64,000 nucleotides of DNA from Eledone cirrhosa. Lineage: Eukaryota. The stretch covers positions 216,256,001 to 216,320,000 of the forward strand of contig OZ024742.1 in the NCBI GenBank assembly GCA_964016885.1. The letters run 5' to 3'. The position numbers were made by a program, and so were the translations under genes. Below, one piece after another: positions 40,197 to 54,310 of the stretch. Numbering within the stretch: the first letter of the stretch is position 1; each line of letters opens with the position of its first letter. The notes under the pieces were generated by a model. That model did no database searches and was not told the origin of the DNA. It saw nothing but the letters and a program-made list of their open reading frames with translations.

Positions 40197-40859
40197 TGTT
40201 CTAAATAGATAATATTATTCGTGTATACTCCAAGCCGTGTGTCGTTTATCTCGCATCAAGGATTTGAAATCTACTGAATCATGCTAGTCTACAGGTACAG
40301 ATTAAACCGCTTTAAAGGATCCTTTATATTAACGCTGGGATGATAAAATTGACCTATGCGGGATTTGACTCGATAAGTATCGAACTAGAACAAATGCTAC
40401 AACGTATTTTGTAAGCCACTCTATTAACTCTATTAAACGAGCACCATTTTTAACACCTCTCTTATTGTTTCTCTTGCCACTCAGACTTGTTTGATGAGTA
40501 TTCATCGAGATGACGTACGGCAAAATAAATTCTCCACTGCCCATTCCATTCAATATTTTAGCAAATGTTTATCTAAGAAACGCATTGGTCAGGGAGACAC
40601 TAGTCATTGACGTAAAGGGAATTGTATATACATAGCGTATTGATAATCAATCTGTTTACTCAGTCGTACGAAGCTGCCCAGCAAAAAATATTCAGAAGCT
40701 ACAAATAGATAGACAGTCAGACCGATAGATAGATAGATTGATACATACATGATTTCTGCAAACTCTGCTAAGTGTATTGCAATCGCTTATCAGATTATAG
40801 ATTTCGGTGTACTATTAGGCTATGGCGCAGCCACACGAACCTTTAACAGATCCTAAACA

Positions 40860-41278
40860 AGCAATGCTTGTGCTTTGAAGGTTTTTGAAGTGGGGAAATG
40901 CCTTGCACTCGACCAATCCCACTCTCTGTGCATCGAAAACACTACTCGATAAGGTGAACTGGTCAACATCATCGGATGATGCCGAAGCTGCAGGTTCTTT
41001 TTCCAGAGTTTCCCTCTCCTAGAAACGTGTTGTGATAACAACTGGGAGCCTTTGACTCCCAGGTGAAAAAAAAAAGAAACTACTATTTGGATGGCCATTG
41101 ACTCTGCTAAGTTCCTCCTCCCTTTGCCAGGTCATGTATTTCGTCTCGCTAGGTGTCCAAATATCACCCTCCACACCAAGCAAGGTTGTTGGGGTTGTCA
41201 GTTTAGTCGCCGACGACCCGACCATGAGACAGGCTGTACTGGGTTACATGTTACCAGTAGCATTGGAGAGCGACCTAA
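40860..41278 (-). mobile_element. RTE 5'-UTR-like sequence
   Basis: Minus strand has ctaggagagggaaactctg and gtcg..cgactaa, motifs I associate with RTE 5' ends (from recall); partly repeated at 14305-14480. Confidence 0.5.
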
Positions 41279-41554
41279 CATAAAATAAATATACATACAG
41301 ATACACACATATATACATACATACATCAATGCATAACTAGATCGACAAACTCACAAACAGACGAGATAGATAGTGAGAGAGAGAGCAACAGAGAAAGAGA
41401 ACGAGAAAGAAAGTGAGTGAGGCAGAGAGAGGCATGGGAGAGAGAGAGAGAGAGAGGCAGACAGCAGACTGACTAACAGACAAAAAGATATCCAGATACA
41501 CTGACATTTTAACCGACCTAGATAGAAACATATCTATCAATCTACCTATCTCTT

Positions 41555-41686
<132 letters not shown>

Positions 41687-41779
41687 CTTGTTTCTACTTT
41701 AGGCATAAAGCCAGCAAAAGCCCAGTGCATTACTGGTACTTTATTTTATAGACCCCGTAAGGATGAAAGGCAAAGTCAA
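41687..41779 (-). mobile_element. SINE 3' fragment
   Basis: Core and tail. Confidence 0.88.
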
Positions 41780-41819
41780 TATATGAAATACTGTTGGCTC
41801 ATTGCTCACATTAATTTCT

Positions 41820-41996
41820 TTGGCAGTATCGGTAGAGGGTCGGGCGCCATGCTTTGCAGCACAGTTACGTCCCTTTACGGACTGAGTTCAAACCCGCCGA
41901 GGTTAACTTTGCCTTTCATCCTTACGGGGTCGATAAAATAAAGTACCAGTAATACACTGGGATAAATGCTGGCTTTGTGCCAAAAGTAGAAACAAT
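41820..41996 (+). mobile_element. SINE inserted in a fragment of the 60.2-61.2 kb repeat family; target-site duplication attaatttct
   Basis: Flanks 41780-41819 and 41995-42013 match 60487-60534. Confidence 0.9.
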
Positions 41997-42037
41997 TAAT
42001 TTCTATATTTTCATATATATATATATATATATATATA

Positions 42038-42233
42038 ACGAAGGAAGTGTGGTAAGGAACCCGGTGCACTATAACGCACCAGAGTACTCAATACTTAGGG
42101 TAGTTGATGGTAATAGGAAAATGTTCAAAATATGCAAGACACCGACGGCAGCGCTCAAGCCGTTTCGACGGCTATTTCTGGACTGAAATAGCCGTCTGAA
42201 CGGCTTGAGCTCTGCCGTTGGTGTCTTGAACAT

Positions 42234-42238
<5 letters not shown>
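42038..42238. mobile_element. Divergent member of the terminal-hairpin family
   Basis: Unique arm (ggtaaggaacc..ccagagtactcaatacttagggtagt) plus a hairpin at ~42117-42238. Confidence 0.8.
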
Positions 42239-42273
<35 letters not shown>

Positions 42274-42517
42274 GGAAATATAAGCTTTCACCGTATTTTT
42301 TACTAAAGAAATTTTTAGCCTGATAGTGGGGTTTAGAACCCTCAGAGAAATGGAAAAAGATGAGTATTGACGTAAAAATTTCTTTAGTAAAAAATACGGT
42401 GAAAGCTTATATATTCTAATTTCAAATTCGCTCACTGATTCAAAACATACTTACATATATATATACATATATACATATATACATATACACACACACATAA
42501 ATATATATATATATATA

Positions 42518-42768
42518 TGTTGATTTAACACTTCACTGCTCGCAAGTGTTTTTTAAGCTTCATATCATGTCTCCCTATTTTATCCGATGAGAACGCAAAT
42601 ATCATCCCATGATGATATTTGTTTTTGAAATGCGCATAATAAAATACATGGAACTCTTTTAACCATCTTTTTATTTTATTTTATTTATACTTCAGTCCTA
42701 TAAACTGTTGAGTGCTACTTATCCGATATTTGCATTGCTTTATTGTGCTACAATAAAACTCACCTCCT
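42518..42768 (+). mobile_element. Solo pLTR of the 8026-10593 PLE family, with a hammerhead at 42576-42646 (CCGATGA)
   Basis: Matches 10342-10592; TA-flanked. Confidence 0.9.
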
Positions 42769-45112
42769 ATATATATATATATATATATATGCATGAATAC
42801 CTACCTACATACCTACATACATATACCTACATACTACATATGTAGGCGAATATTTGAAGTAATTGTTGAAGGATTGTTAAGTGTATAAAGGAGATAAGAC
42901 AATCTAAAAATACCAGAATGTTTTTTGTTGTGTAGTGTGAATATCTAAATCTGATGAAGGTTATTCTAGTTTGTCGTGCTTATTTTATTATCATTAGTCT
43001 AAGCAAAAGGGTAGTGGTTTCGCAATAGAAAGTCAGTGAAAATGCCTACCAGTATTTTTCTGGCCCCTTTCGCACTGCGTTCAAATTCTACCCATGTGAA
43101 TTTGTCGTTCTCCCTTATGGCATCGAATAAAAGTCCTTGCAATATTTGGATATGGATCGTTACGTTTTTATTTTTATCCCATCGATGTTACTTTTGTCTT
43201 TCATCCTTCAAGGATCAATACGATAAAGTACCAAACAAATGCTGGTGACCATAAAATCGACTGTTCTCACTCCCCTCTATTTCCAGAAATGTACCTCTGG
43301 ATTGGCAAAACGTTTAATGTATCGGTCAAAACGCATGGCAATATTTTTTACCTCCAAATCATGCCAATATTAAGTGGGAGGTGCATTCAAATCAGTGACT
43401 TGTTAGATTTGTTAGTGCATCAGATTAGATGATATATATTATTCGTTGTGCCTCTTTGGCCTTTCGGGGGTAGACTAATTACGTCACCCTGTTTAACATC
43501 GGATGTTGTATACTACATTTAGCTGATTTCATTCTGTTGAAAGCTTTGTACAAGGTATCCACTTTTAAGGTAACATCCTCGCTTCATATCCTAGATCTCG
43601 TAAATATAAAGGCTCATAGCTGATACCCTTCCTACCCTAACTAAAAAATATTTTTAAAACGTTTTGTATATTGCTAGCATATATTTCTCCGTGAATAAAA
43701 AAAGGATATATACAGATAGCTAGTTGTATGAAAATACATACACCTGTTTTTATGTATCATATCTTCATTATTATCATCCAGATCGTCACTATCATTATAG
43801 TAGCAGCACCAGTTTTATCATCTTTATATTTACTATAATACACATGATCAATATAAAAATGAGTTCTGCCAGATGCAGCATCTGTATTGATGTGATAATA
43901 GTTAAAGAACTCTAGACAACACCATTACTGGGAATACATTTATTATCTCTTCTTCCCAAGATGACGTCTATCGCGATAGTTTTCGAACATGAAAACAAGT
44001 GGGGAGGCACTAGATACTAAAACACATAAATTTATATTTGCTTACGGATCACTGAACATTATACTATCTACGGAAAAATTTGGTTTGCATTTGGAAAAGC
44101 CCAAATCATTTTTTCATTATGTTAACATATAAAAAATTAGTATTCGTGACATGGGTCGCGACAAATACAATTATGTTATTAAACATAATTTGGAATGCTT
44201 TACCTGTGACTGAGAAAATATCAAATGTATATACATACATCTAGAGGCACAACTGAATCCCCTTTGTAGTTCGAGGATTGGAGAAATATCATGGTGTTTG
44301 CAAGCTTTTGTACAAAAACAGGAACTATATAGACACGCAATCATACTAATTATCTTGAACATCATCAAGATACATATCATCATAAATATCATCACCGTCA
44401 TCAGCACAGGTATTAACATCATTGTCGCTATTATAATTCATATGATTTTTTATCAATATAAAAAAAGAATCAGCCAAATGCAACATCAGTTATATGTTTC
44501 TACGTAACTCCAACTGGTACCACTGACTGATTATCTTGTCACAGCACAATGTCACTTGTAATGAAATAAATTACACAAGAAATATCTCATTTCCCAGTTC
44601 TGGGATTTAGTGGAGCATCTGACATCACGCTATACAATAATTGATAACTGATGCGAATTTTTTGATTGCTTTAATGAATCTCACTGCTCTCTTGCGAATA
44701 TCGTCACAACAAATATACAATATACTTTACGAATCTTGTCTAACTTATATGTGGAAGTTACGTAAATAACAAGACATTAAAAACTATATTCTGTTGCTTC
44801 ACAGATGAAACAGGAATAAAACTGAAACATATCCAAGAGATTTCTTCTGTATTTTCGCAAAATATTTAAGTAATTTTAATCATTGACTAATTTCGATCTT
44901 TTTTCTCACACGGTAAGAACTTTTAGTTGGGCTTTTAGTACGTTCCACATTCAATAAATGACGACTGACTTAGCTACATATATATATATATATATATACC
45001 ATAAGGAGAGACGTGTGATTTGAACGCATATATGTATATATCTGTGTTCGTCTCTCTATATATAATAGAATAAATATGGTTTTATAAATATAGTTTCCAT
45101 TTATTTAATATC

Positions 45113-45322
<210 letters not shown>

Positions 45323-45338
45323 ATACATATATATATAT

Positions 45339-45777
45339 GGAGGAGGTTATAGTTCACTTGAAGCATTGTGTAATGAGGTATAAACCTTTGAATATGTGTA
45401 ATAAAGCCAAAACAATGCAGATATAGACATAGAAAAAAGAATGCATTTGTAAAAGATGTTGTTGATAATTCGTCCTTTACCTTGAATTTATTAAAATGTC
45501 CTTAATTTTCGAGATAATATCTCTTCTTCGGAGGGAAATAAAGGTCTCAAACCAGCACTTTAAATATCTAGCCAGGCCATGCATGGCTTGGCTAGATATT
45601 TAAAGTGCTGGTTTGAGACCTTTATTTCCCTCCGAAGAAGAGATATTATCTCGAAAATTAAGGACATTTTAATAAATTCAAGGTAAAGGACGAATTATCA
45701 ACAACATCTTTTACAAATGCATTCTTTTTTCTATGTCTATATCTGCATTGTTTTGGCTTTATTACACATATTCAAAC

Positions 45778-45784
<7 letters not shown>
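45339..45784. repeat. 406-bp spacerless palindrome (45379-45784, two mismatches) with a one-sided extension; hammerhead-like motif in each arm
   Basis: Centre atg|cat at 45581/45582. cct CCGAAGA a gagatattatctc GAAA at TA agg at 45629-45663, mirrored at 45500-45534. Confidence 0.93.
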
Positions 45785-45850
<66 letters not shown>

Positions 45851-48093
45851 TGAGGAGGGGGTATGTGTGTATGTGTGCGCGTGTTTTCATTTAGATGAAA
45901 TATTTGTATGAAAGGTATTTTACTATGCCAACAAGTAGATAACATTGTTCATTTCATTAGTGACTCTATCGATCAATACATGGGCCTGAGCAGTGAAAGT
46001 GCTGCTTTGATGATGAGGTTACGATAAGTCCATCACATGTTCAGACTTTTTTCTTGAAATTACTGTTAGTCATTAACTAATATAATTTTTTTCCATTTCA
46101 TTTATTTCTAGTTAGGTTTTTAGTGTTTCGTAATTTAAGCTAACTTACTAATTGTCTCTCATGTTGATAAAATCTCTGAATTATTTAATCTCCTAAAAAA
46201 GTCGATTTTTTTTTTCTTGCGATCAATCTATTTCAGAAATGCAATAATATTCAAGCGGTTGACAAAAATTCAAATTAGTTCGTAATATAACGAATTCGAC
46301 ATACACAATGAGCTAAAAGAATGAATTTAATCAACTAAAAAGAATAAAAGTTATAATTCGCCATAAATTGTTTGTTTGCAAAATAATTATAAGTGAAAAA
46401 TGAAACGTTGTAAATTTGAATATGTTGCCGTTGAACGTATAAAGTTTATCCAAGGTGTTATTAAATTCAGCAATTTATTATTTTCAATTCAAAATTGTAA
46501 AAGCCCAGTAATTATTTTCAGACGCATAATGTTACTATGTTCTTCCAATCATACAGTATTTTGCCCACCCCCCAAGGAAAAAGTAACAAATAATTGCGTT
46601 AAAGTTCTTGTGATTTTTTTTTCTTTCCTTTCTATATTTGGAACAATGCATTTGTATAAATATCATCTATTTCCTATACATCAATAAATTGGACATATTA
46701 AACCATCAGTTTCGTTTCAAAACGGTTCCTGAAAATGCAGCATAGTAGGAGGTTGTCAGGAATGGAAAGGCATTTTACAAAATTACTTGTAATATATGAT
46801 TGTTCTCGTCAGAACTGTTTTGCTAGAGAAATATTCACAGGTTAGGAATAGTGATACGGCCATGTGATGGCTACTTGCAATATAATTGGATTCCAGTTGA
46901 CCGATTAAGCAGTACCTGACCAAATAGAAGTAAGCTTCTAGAGAAGATGGAGTAATTTGTGACATTGTTATTAGAAAGAAAACTCCCACAACCCAGCGAT
47001 GCAGTAAAGACGACGTGAGAAAAGATCCTCTCTTAAAAAATAGTCTAGTCTTCGTGGTACTGAGAAAAGTACCAAATTGGTGCTTGAATAAAAGCAATCA
47101 TACTGCATCGTTCTGTTCATCAAGTAAGAAGGGATACTTTTGGGCCTTACGTTGAGGGATCCGTTCGAAAACTGTATTATGACACCATCTAATATCAAAA
47201 CATTTAGCGACGGAAAGGAGTAATTTGAAAGAACATCGACTTCGATCTAAATGAGAAAAACAACGCCTTATTACACGTCTGTTCATTGCGTTTTCCTAAA
47301 TGAAATATATCCATAAGTATACATGATATGAGAAAAATCGGGAGCAGTATTCTGTAACCAATTTAATTCTTTTTCACCCACAATATTTCAGAGGTTTATT
47401 GCCATAAAGAATATAATTCAATTTCACGCTCTCTCACGAAATATGTAAAAAAAACATTTAAAGTGTAGAGAGTATAATGAGATTAGTATACAAATTGAAT
47501 CATTCAATTTTCGCAACTGGACACATTCGGACTGAGAATGGAGAGTGCATAATTTTTAATATGTGAATCAGAATATTATTCTTGTCGATGATTGTGCATG
47601 TGACTGCATGTTTCCTGCATGCTTCGAAAAGGAGAAACCATAATGAGAATAGAATCAGTATATACCTGCTGATGTTCAATACATATGGTAATATTTACGT
47701 CCACATAACTGCTTTCTCAAGGCAACATATAAATTCGAAACTAAATTATTTCACACATTTTATATTTCGGTCAAACATATATGCACAACTGTCTCTCCCT
47801 CTCCTGCTTTCTCTTTCAATCTCTCTCTCTCCCCCTCTCTCTCTCTCTCTCTCGCTCTCTCTCTCTCTCTTTTTTTCTCTTTCTCTTTCCCCCCCTCTCT
47901 CTCCCTCTCTCTCTCTCTTTTTCTATCTTCTATCTCAAACACTCACAATCACTCTCTCCCGCCTTCTCTAATCAACCATCTATTTTTGTATCAGCATATG
48001 TTGTGTGTGTGAGTGTGTGTGAGTGTGTGTGTGGATAGAGGGAGAGTAAGCAGAATCTAAGTCAGTGTTGTCGCATATGTACAAACTTTAATG

Positions 48094-48181
48094 GCATATT
48101 ACAATTGTTTCGATATCGACCAGCTCAGGTTATAATCAAATGACGGGACCCGATCCTTCTTCGACATCTCGTCAAATATGC
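48094..48181 (-). ncRNA. Type I hammerhead motif with C3 changed to U
   Basis: Minus strand: gcatat TTGACGA gatgtcga..tcgatatc GAAA caattg TA atatgc. Decayed inverted copy of its 3' half at ~48254-48315. Confidence 0.8.
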
Positions 48182-48443
48182 GAGTTTATATGTGCGAAGA
48201 CACATTGAAACTGTTGACAGAGGTCCCAGGATCTTTTTATATACACTTATCCATATCGAAACAATTACAATATGCCATAAAACGTTGTACATATGCTGCA
48301 CCAATGATTTTGATTCTACTTACTCTATTTACACTCAGCACACTACAGCGGGCATGACACTGGAAATACAACACATACATTGATTGATTCGAACGGCGTG
48401 CCGCCTGTAACTGTTGCTTCATACCTAACTATCAAACATACAG

Positions 48444-48536
<93 letters not shown>

Positions 48537-49095
48537 CAATTGAATATATGAGAGGGATGAACACCGATACAAGTATACATGTGTTCGAATTGCAAATGAC
48601 CAAGTTAGCTAGGTTGAAAAAATACTAATTTAAAACAATATGGTTTGCCTGTCTCGATTTAAATTAATAAATCAATAAAAATTACAAACCTATATCGAGC
48701 AACTGCCTTTGATACCCGGACAGATCTAAAATCTGTTTGCAAGAATTATTAAGTGAAAGCCACCATTACTGTGCTCTTCTGCGGCTACCCAGGAAATTCG
48801 TACCTTTCACTTCAAAAGATCTAAGAAGACTGAACTATGTGTTGATATAAAAGCACATGCTGCAGCGCCTAGCGCGTCTCATACTCATGCCGCTAAAAAT
48901 AGCAGCCGGTTTTATGAGACTAAAGTTAGCTCTACGTATGGAGCCGAGAATATCATAGATTGAAACTCAAGATAGTCTTTTACAATTAAATAGCTCAAGG
49001 AAGAGAATCTTTCCGAGCCGTGTAATACAATTGAATATATGAGATGGATTAACACCGATACAAGTATACATGAGTTTCTAACTCAATCTATGATG

Positions 49096-49189
<94 letters not shown>

Positions 49190-49193
<4 letters not shown>

Positions 49194-49460
49194 ATTATTT
49201 TCTTAGCTGAGAGTCTAGATATTCTCTACTCTACACTTTGACTATCGCCCTCTTAACGTGTCTATGGTGGTTTGAGTAATAGCTAACATAATTGAGGTTT
49301 TGATTTAGTTTATAGTATAGGTAGTATAGGCCTGCATTGAGGTTTATCGTTATGTCTAGGATGTTGCCTTTTCTATTGCTATTTTCTATTTCTAGCTTGA
49401 GACCGTATTTGTTAAGCAAATCTATTATTATTTTCTTATAGTAGTAATCGATTTCCGTTA
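49190..49460 (-). pseudogene. PLE RT thumb fragment (CxC/YRDD type)
   Basis: YGLKLEIENS..NILDITINL..YYKLNQNLNYVSYYSNH..RISRLS. Confidence 0.75.
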
Positions 49461-50440
49461 GTTTAATTAGTACATTTGTGTAACTTGAAATCGAAGACCA
49501 TGTCAACATACATGATTTTTGACACAACATACGAATGTATACTGGAACTGTATTTTATTATTACCTGAAATGTTTTAGTAAATTATAGAATTTGCAATTA
49601 TAGACATAAAGTGTTTAAAACTTTCTCCCAAAGTACCAGTAATGCACTGGGTATGTGCTGGCCTTGTGCCAAAACGTAGAAACAATTATAAATCTAACAA
49701 GAATAGGATCCGATCCCATAACTAAACCCTTTAGTCATATAAAATATAATAGGAATTTACTTCGGTGCTGTTTGTTTATTACTATATTTGTAAGTTCATG
49801 TCGCCAAAAGGATCGAGGATTGGGCTGAACCTTATCTATGAAAACATTAAAATGTTAAAATAAATCACTACTACTGCATCGATTACCCGATAACAAATCT
49901 TTGGATCTCAGTGTGAATGATCTGGCACTAGCCTACGATCATCTAGCTATCCTGTATTCAACAAATCAACTGCTACTCCTGTTGATATCAAGCAGCCCAG
50001 CCCCATAGGATAAAATAATGATAATGTCATTACGACCAATGGTTATGTTAATGTTATTTACTTAAGAACTCATTTATAAATGTGCGCATCTTAGTATGTT
50101 TCAATATATTTCTTTATATTTCTAAGCATTTTATGAATTTATACAACCTAATTTCTTGACGCCACGCCTTCTCTCTATATATATCTTTCATTGTAAAGAT
50201 AAAGGCATTATTCAGCTTTGATAAGTTGATGTATGAACTTTTAACACAACATATTTGACGTCGAATTACCCCGAAATCTACATCAGATTAGTGATTATAG
50301 ATGTAAATGTTTGCGTATTAATGAAACACGTGTACGTTATGTAATAAATATTGGTCCTTCAATTATGGAATTTGTTGTATTAATGTAATTTATTGATTTC
50401 TCTCACCCCCCCCCCCATCACTCTCTCTCTCTCCCCTATT

Positions 50441-50471
<31 letters not shown>

Positions 50472-50508
50472 TTAGATATATATATATATATCGTTCTCGC
50501 TTACGCTT

Positions 50509-50553
<45 letters not shown>

Positions 50554-50576
50554 TTCTCTCTCTCTCTCTTTCTCTT

Positions 50577-50610
<34 letters not shown>

Positions 50611-50737
50611 AGGTGGTCAACCACACTGGCAATACTGACCCTGAACGCCTTCGAGTCAAAAACATTTTTCTCTGTGTTTTTTCAGGCTCTTGGATCGTGT
50701 TTACCATTATCCCTTTATTATATAACTATTATGCAAT

Positions 50738-50799
50738 AAACACATGATGATGTCACCAGGATCTTACGGAACTTGGCCACTGAAATGTACATAGTGTTT
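50738..50799 (+). ncRNA. Type I hammerhead motif (C3 changed to A), related to 5760-5817
   Basis: aaacac ATGATGA t..t GAAA tgtaca TA gtgttt. Downstream aataaa..gtccagcctcct is shared with 5818-5855. Confidence 0.78.
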
Positions 50800-50885
50800 G
50801 CTATAATAAATCTTTGAAGGAGTGTCACCTGTCCAGCCTCCTCTATTTTACTCAATAATATAAATATATATATATATATATATAC

Positions 50886-50916
<31 letters not shown>

Positions 50917-51652
50917 TGTGCGTATGTGTGTATGTGTGTGCGTGTGTGTGCGCGCGTGCGTGTGTGTGTATGTGTGTGTATAAGGCCACATTATTCAGTG
51001 TTGTACTCCATACTTATGGGAAGTAGAGGGATATTATCATAAGATTAATACCTGGCGAAAAGGTCTAGGCTTGGCAGTATCGGTAGAGGGTCGGACATGC
51101 TTTCCAGCATTGTTATATCTTAATATATAATATGCATATATGTGTGTCTCAATGTGTTTATGTGTGTGTAGATATGTGCATGTCTGTATGTGTGTGCATG
51201 TGTGTCCGTGTTTATGAAAGTAATGCTAGTGTATGTTTCCGTGTATATAGCAACATTTTTCAATGTCCCTCATGGATTATAGATGCTATTGACATTGAAC
51301 ACTTATTGCTCTCTTCGTTTTCTCTTTGTTTGCCGAATAGATTTGGGTTTTTTTAAATATATTTTCAATAATCTGAAGAAATATTTACATTCATTCCTGT
51401 ATATGATTGTCAATTTTTAACTTAAATATTTATTATTTATTAGCGAGGAAACATTTAGATTCGCCACACCAATCTACAGATATCGTGGATATAACGTATT
51501 ATTCAGTATTTCGCCACCTTTGTGATATATTGCCAATGTCTCTTTCCATTTCTTTTTGGGTTTTTCGATAGTTTGTTTAAATGTTCTATTTTTATAGATG
51601 ATACCTTGGTCTGTGTGTGTTTGGGCGGCCAGAGGCTAGCTCGCAGAAGCAG

Positions 51653-51687
<35 letters not shown>

Positions 51688-51705
51688 GAGAGAGAGAGAG
51701 CAGAG

Positions 51706-51909
51706 TATGATATTACAGAAAAAAAAGAATCAGTGTTGCGACGAAAGGAATTTATTGGACATGAATTACAATTGTTTCTCGGGCGACCAGATCGAGGCAC
51801 GATTGATGTGGTGATCAAACCTGACTCTGAAATTGCCGAGAAACAATTTTAATATGTCCAATAAAATCCTATCGTCGCAACACGGATTCTCTTTTTTCTG
51901 TGATAATAC
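51706..51909. repeat. Inverted repeat with a degenerate hammerhead 3' half, abutting the 5' end of PLE copy B
   Basis: Arms ~51706-51783 and ~51835-51909; GAAA caattg TA in the left arm (minus strand). Confidence 0.75.
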
Positions 51910-52014
51910 CAAAAATAGGACCAAAAACATAACGAAACTAAGTATAATATCACAACAAAAAGTTCATCAAGCAAAAACCAACAGGAATATAAATCCTTAA
52001 CAGAAAAATATCCA

Positions 52015-54127
52015 TTGTTTTACGCCGGGGTAACAAAAACCGGAAAAAGAAAAAATCCAGGAGGAAAAATAGCCAATACAATGGAACATGTAGATCCTAA
52101 GATAATTAATTTATCCAAAAGAGATCTTGGCGATGAGGAAATGCAAATTCTGTCAAAAGGAAGAAATATCTATCTCGACCAATACATTGATATCCTGTCT
52201 AAATTTACTCTTAGACGTAATACTAATGTTAGGCCAAACATTAACAAATCGGAAATGTCTGCACTTAAACGTATACAAAATGATAAAACAATAATAATTA
52301 AACAAGCAGATAAAGGGGATGCAATTGTTATAATGGATGCTGAATACTACAAAGAATTGGTTGGGGAACAACTGAAAGACACAACATTCTATCATGAAAT
52401 ACCGTCAAATATAGACCACAACATCATGAAGAAGATCAACAACCTGGCTTCAAAATACTACAACTCACTTACTGATAAGGAAAGAGACTACATCACCAAT
52501 TTTGAGCCAAAACCCAGCAACCTGTGTGGCCTACCGAAAGTTCATAAGTCAAAAGAAATCCAAGTGGCAGTAAAAGAACAAAAAAGTGAGTACATTAAAT
52601 TACTACACCCAAAATACTTAAAACTTAGACCTATTATAGCTAGTCCAACATGCCCTACCCACCGTCTAAATAATTTTGTTGACATTATTTTGAAACCACT
52701 ATGTATTCACATACCCAGTTTCATCCGGGATGATATCGACTTCCTGTCCCATCTTCCCAAAACCACGGAAACGAATTCACTTCTACTTACTTTTGATGTG
52801 GTAAGCGTTTATAGCAACATTACACATGATTCAGGAATAAAGGAGGTTAAATACTGGGTGGAAAAACATAGGGAAGTGATTCCCACCAGATTCACAGCGC
52901 CATTTATATTAGTCGCAGTTAGACTTATTCTGGAAAACAACACTTTCTTCTTCAATGGAAAGAATTACATCCAAATTAGAGGCACAGCGATGGGAACGAA
53001 TTTTGCTCCCGTTTACGCGAACTCTGTAATGGGATACTTAGAACAACAACTCTACCAAGAAATAGAGGAAAAGTATAGCACTGAATTTAGAAAATACATT
53101 GAAAAGTCTTGGAAGAGATACCTTGACGACTGTTTCATCATCTGGACAGAATATCTAGATACTCTGGATGAGTTCAATATCTTCCTGAATAAGCTACACC
53201 CATCTCTCCAATTTACAAAAGAGATGAGTAGTACCAAATTACCATTCCTAGATATAATGGTAATCAAAAACGACACTACTATTACCACGGATATATACTA
53301 TAAACACACAGACACCCATCAATATCTAAATTTTAAGTCGTGCCATTCACCTCATACAAAACGCAACATCCCATACTGCCTAGCCAGAAGATTTGTACCA
53401 TTGTAGAAGATACGAATACCAGGAACAAACGCCTAACAGAACTGAGAGAATTTTTGCTCAAACAAAAATACCCATCTCTACTTATAGAAAATGGCATACA
53501 GCCGGCTATAAAAATACCTATACAACAACTTAGGACAACCCAAGGAAGAAGAAACCAATGACACACAACCCATGTCACCAGAACATCTTCAACACTGCCA
53601 AAGCAAATCTACCGATCATTGTTCAAAGTAATGAATTAAAAGATCGATCTTTGATTCTTTTAGAATCAAAGATCGATCTGTTAGAAGCCATTGCTAACAA
53701 AGGCAAAGTTTGACCTTAACAACAAAGACCAATCATTCACTGTATCTAAATGCAATGATCGTCGATGTGGAACATGTCAGTTCATACATACCGGTCAATA
53801 TATGAACACAAAAACTGGAAAAATATTCCCAAATGCTAATATTAACTGCAAAAGCAGAAATCTAATTTACTGCATTAAATGCCCGAATTGTGATGAAATA
53901 TATGTCGGTCAAACTGGAAATGCACTATCGCAACGTGCACGGGTGCACCGACAGCAAATCAGAGACCCAAATGTCCGTCAGATACCCCTGCAATAGATAG
54001 CAACATGTGGTCAGAAAATATTTATAATATTTCCATTCTACAAACTACACAGCCCAAGTGAAATCAAGAGAAAAATGAAAGAAAAGAATTTTATTGAGAA
54101 ATTCCAGCCCAAGCTAAATGAACAATA
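52015..54127 (+). pseudogene. PLE reverse transcriptase + GIY-YIG endonuclease, frameshifted
   Basis: KQADKG, GLPKVHK, LRPII, FDVVSVY, GTAMG, RYLDD, LPFLD; CNDRRCGTC; NLIYCIKCPNCDEIYVGQT. Confidence 0.95.
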
Positions 54128-54310
54128 ATTGTTTCTACGTTTGGCACAAGGCCAGCAATTACCCAGTGCATTGCTGGTACTTTATTTTATCTACCCCGTA
54201 AGGATGAAAAGCAAAGTTAACCTCGGGGGATTTGAACTCAGAATGGCAAACGCCGTAACTCTATGCGTCAAAGCATGGCGTCCGACCCTCTACCTATACT
54301 GCCAATCCAC
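54125..54310 (-). mobile_element. SINE inserted at the PLE stop codon
   Basis: Same family; absent at this site in copy A. Confidence 0.92.

Noticed and set aside
46850-47160. Possible decayed PLE endonuclease C-terminus on the plus strand (PTTQRC..CLNKSN)
   Set aside because: Too degenerate to support by eye.
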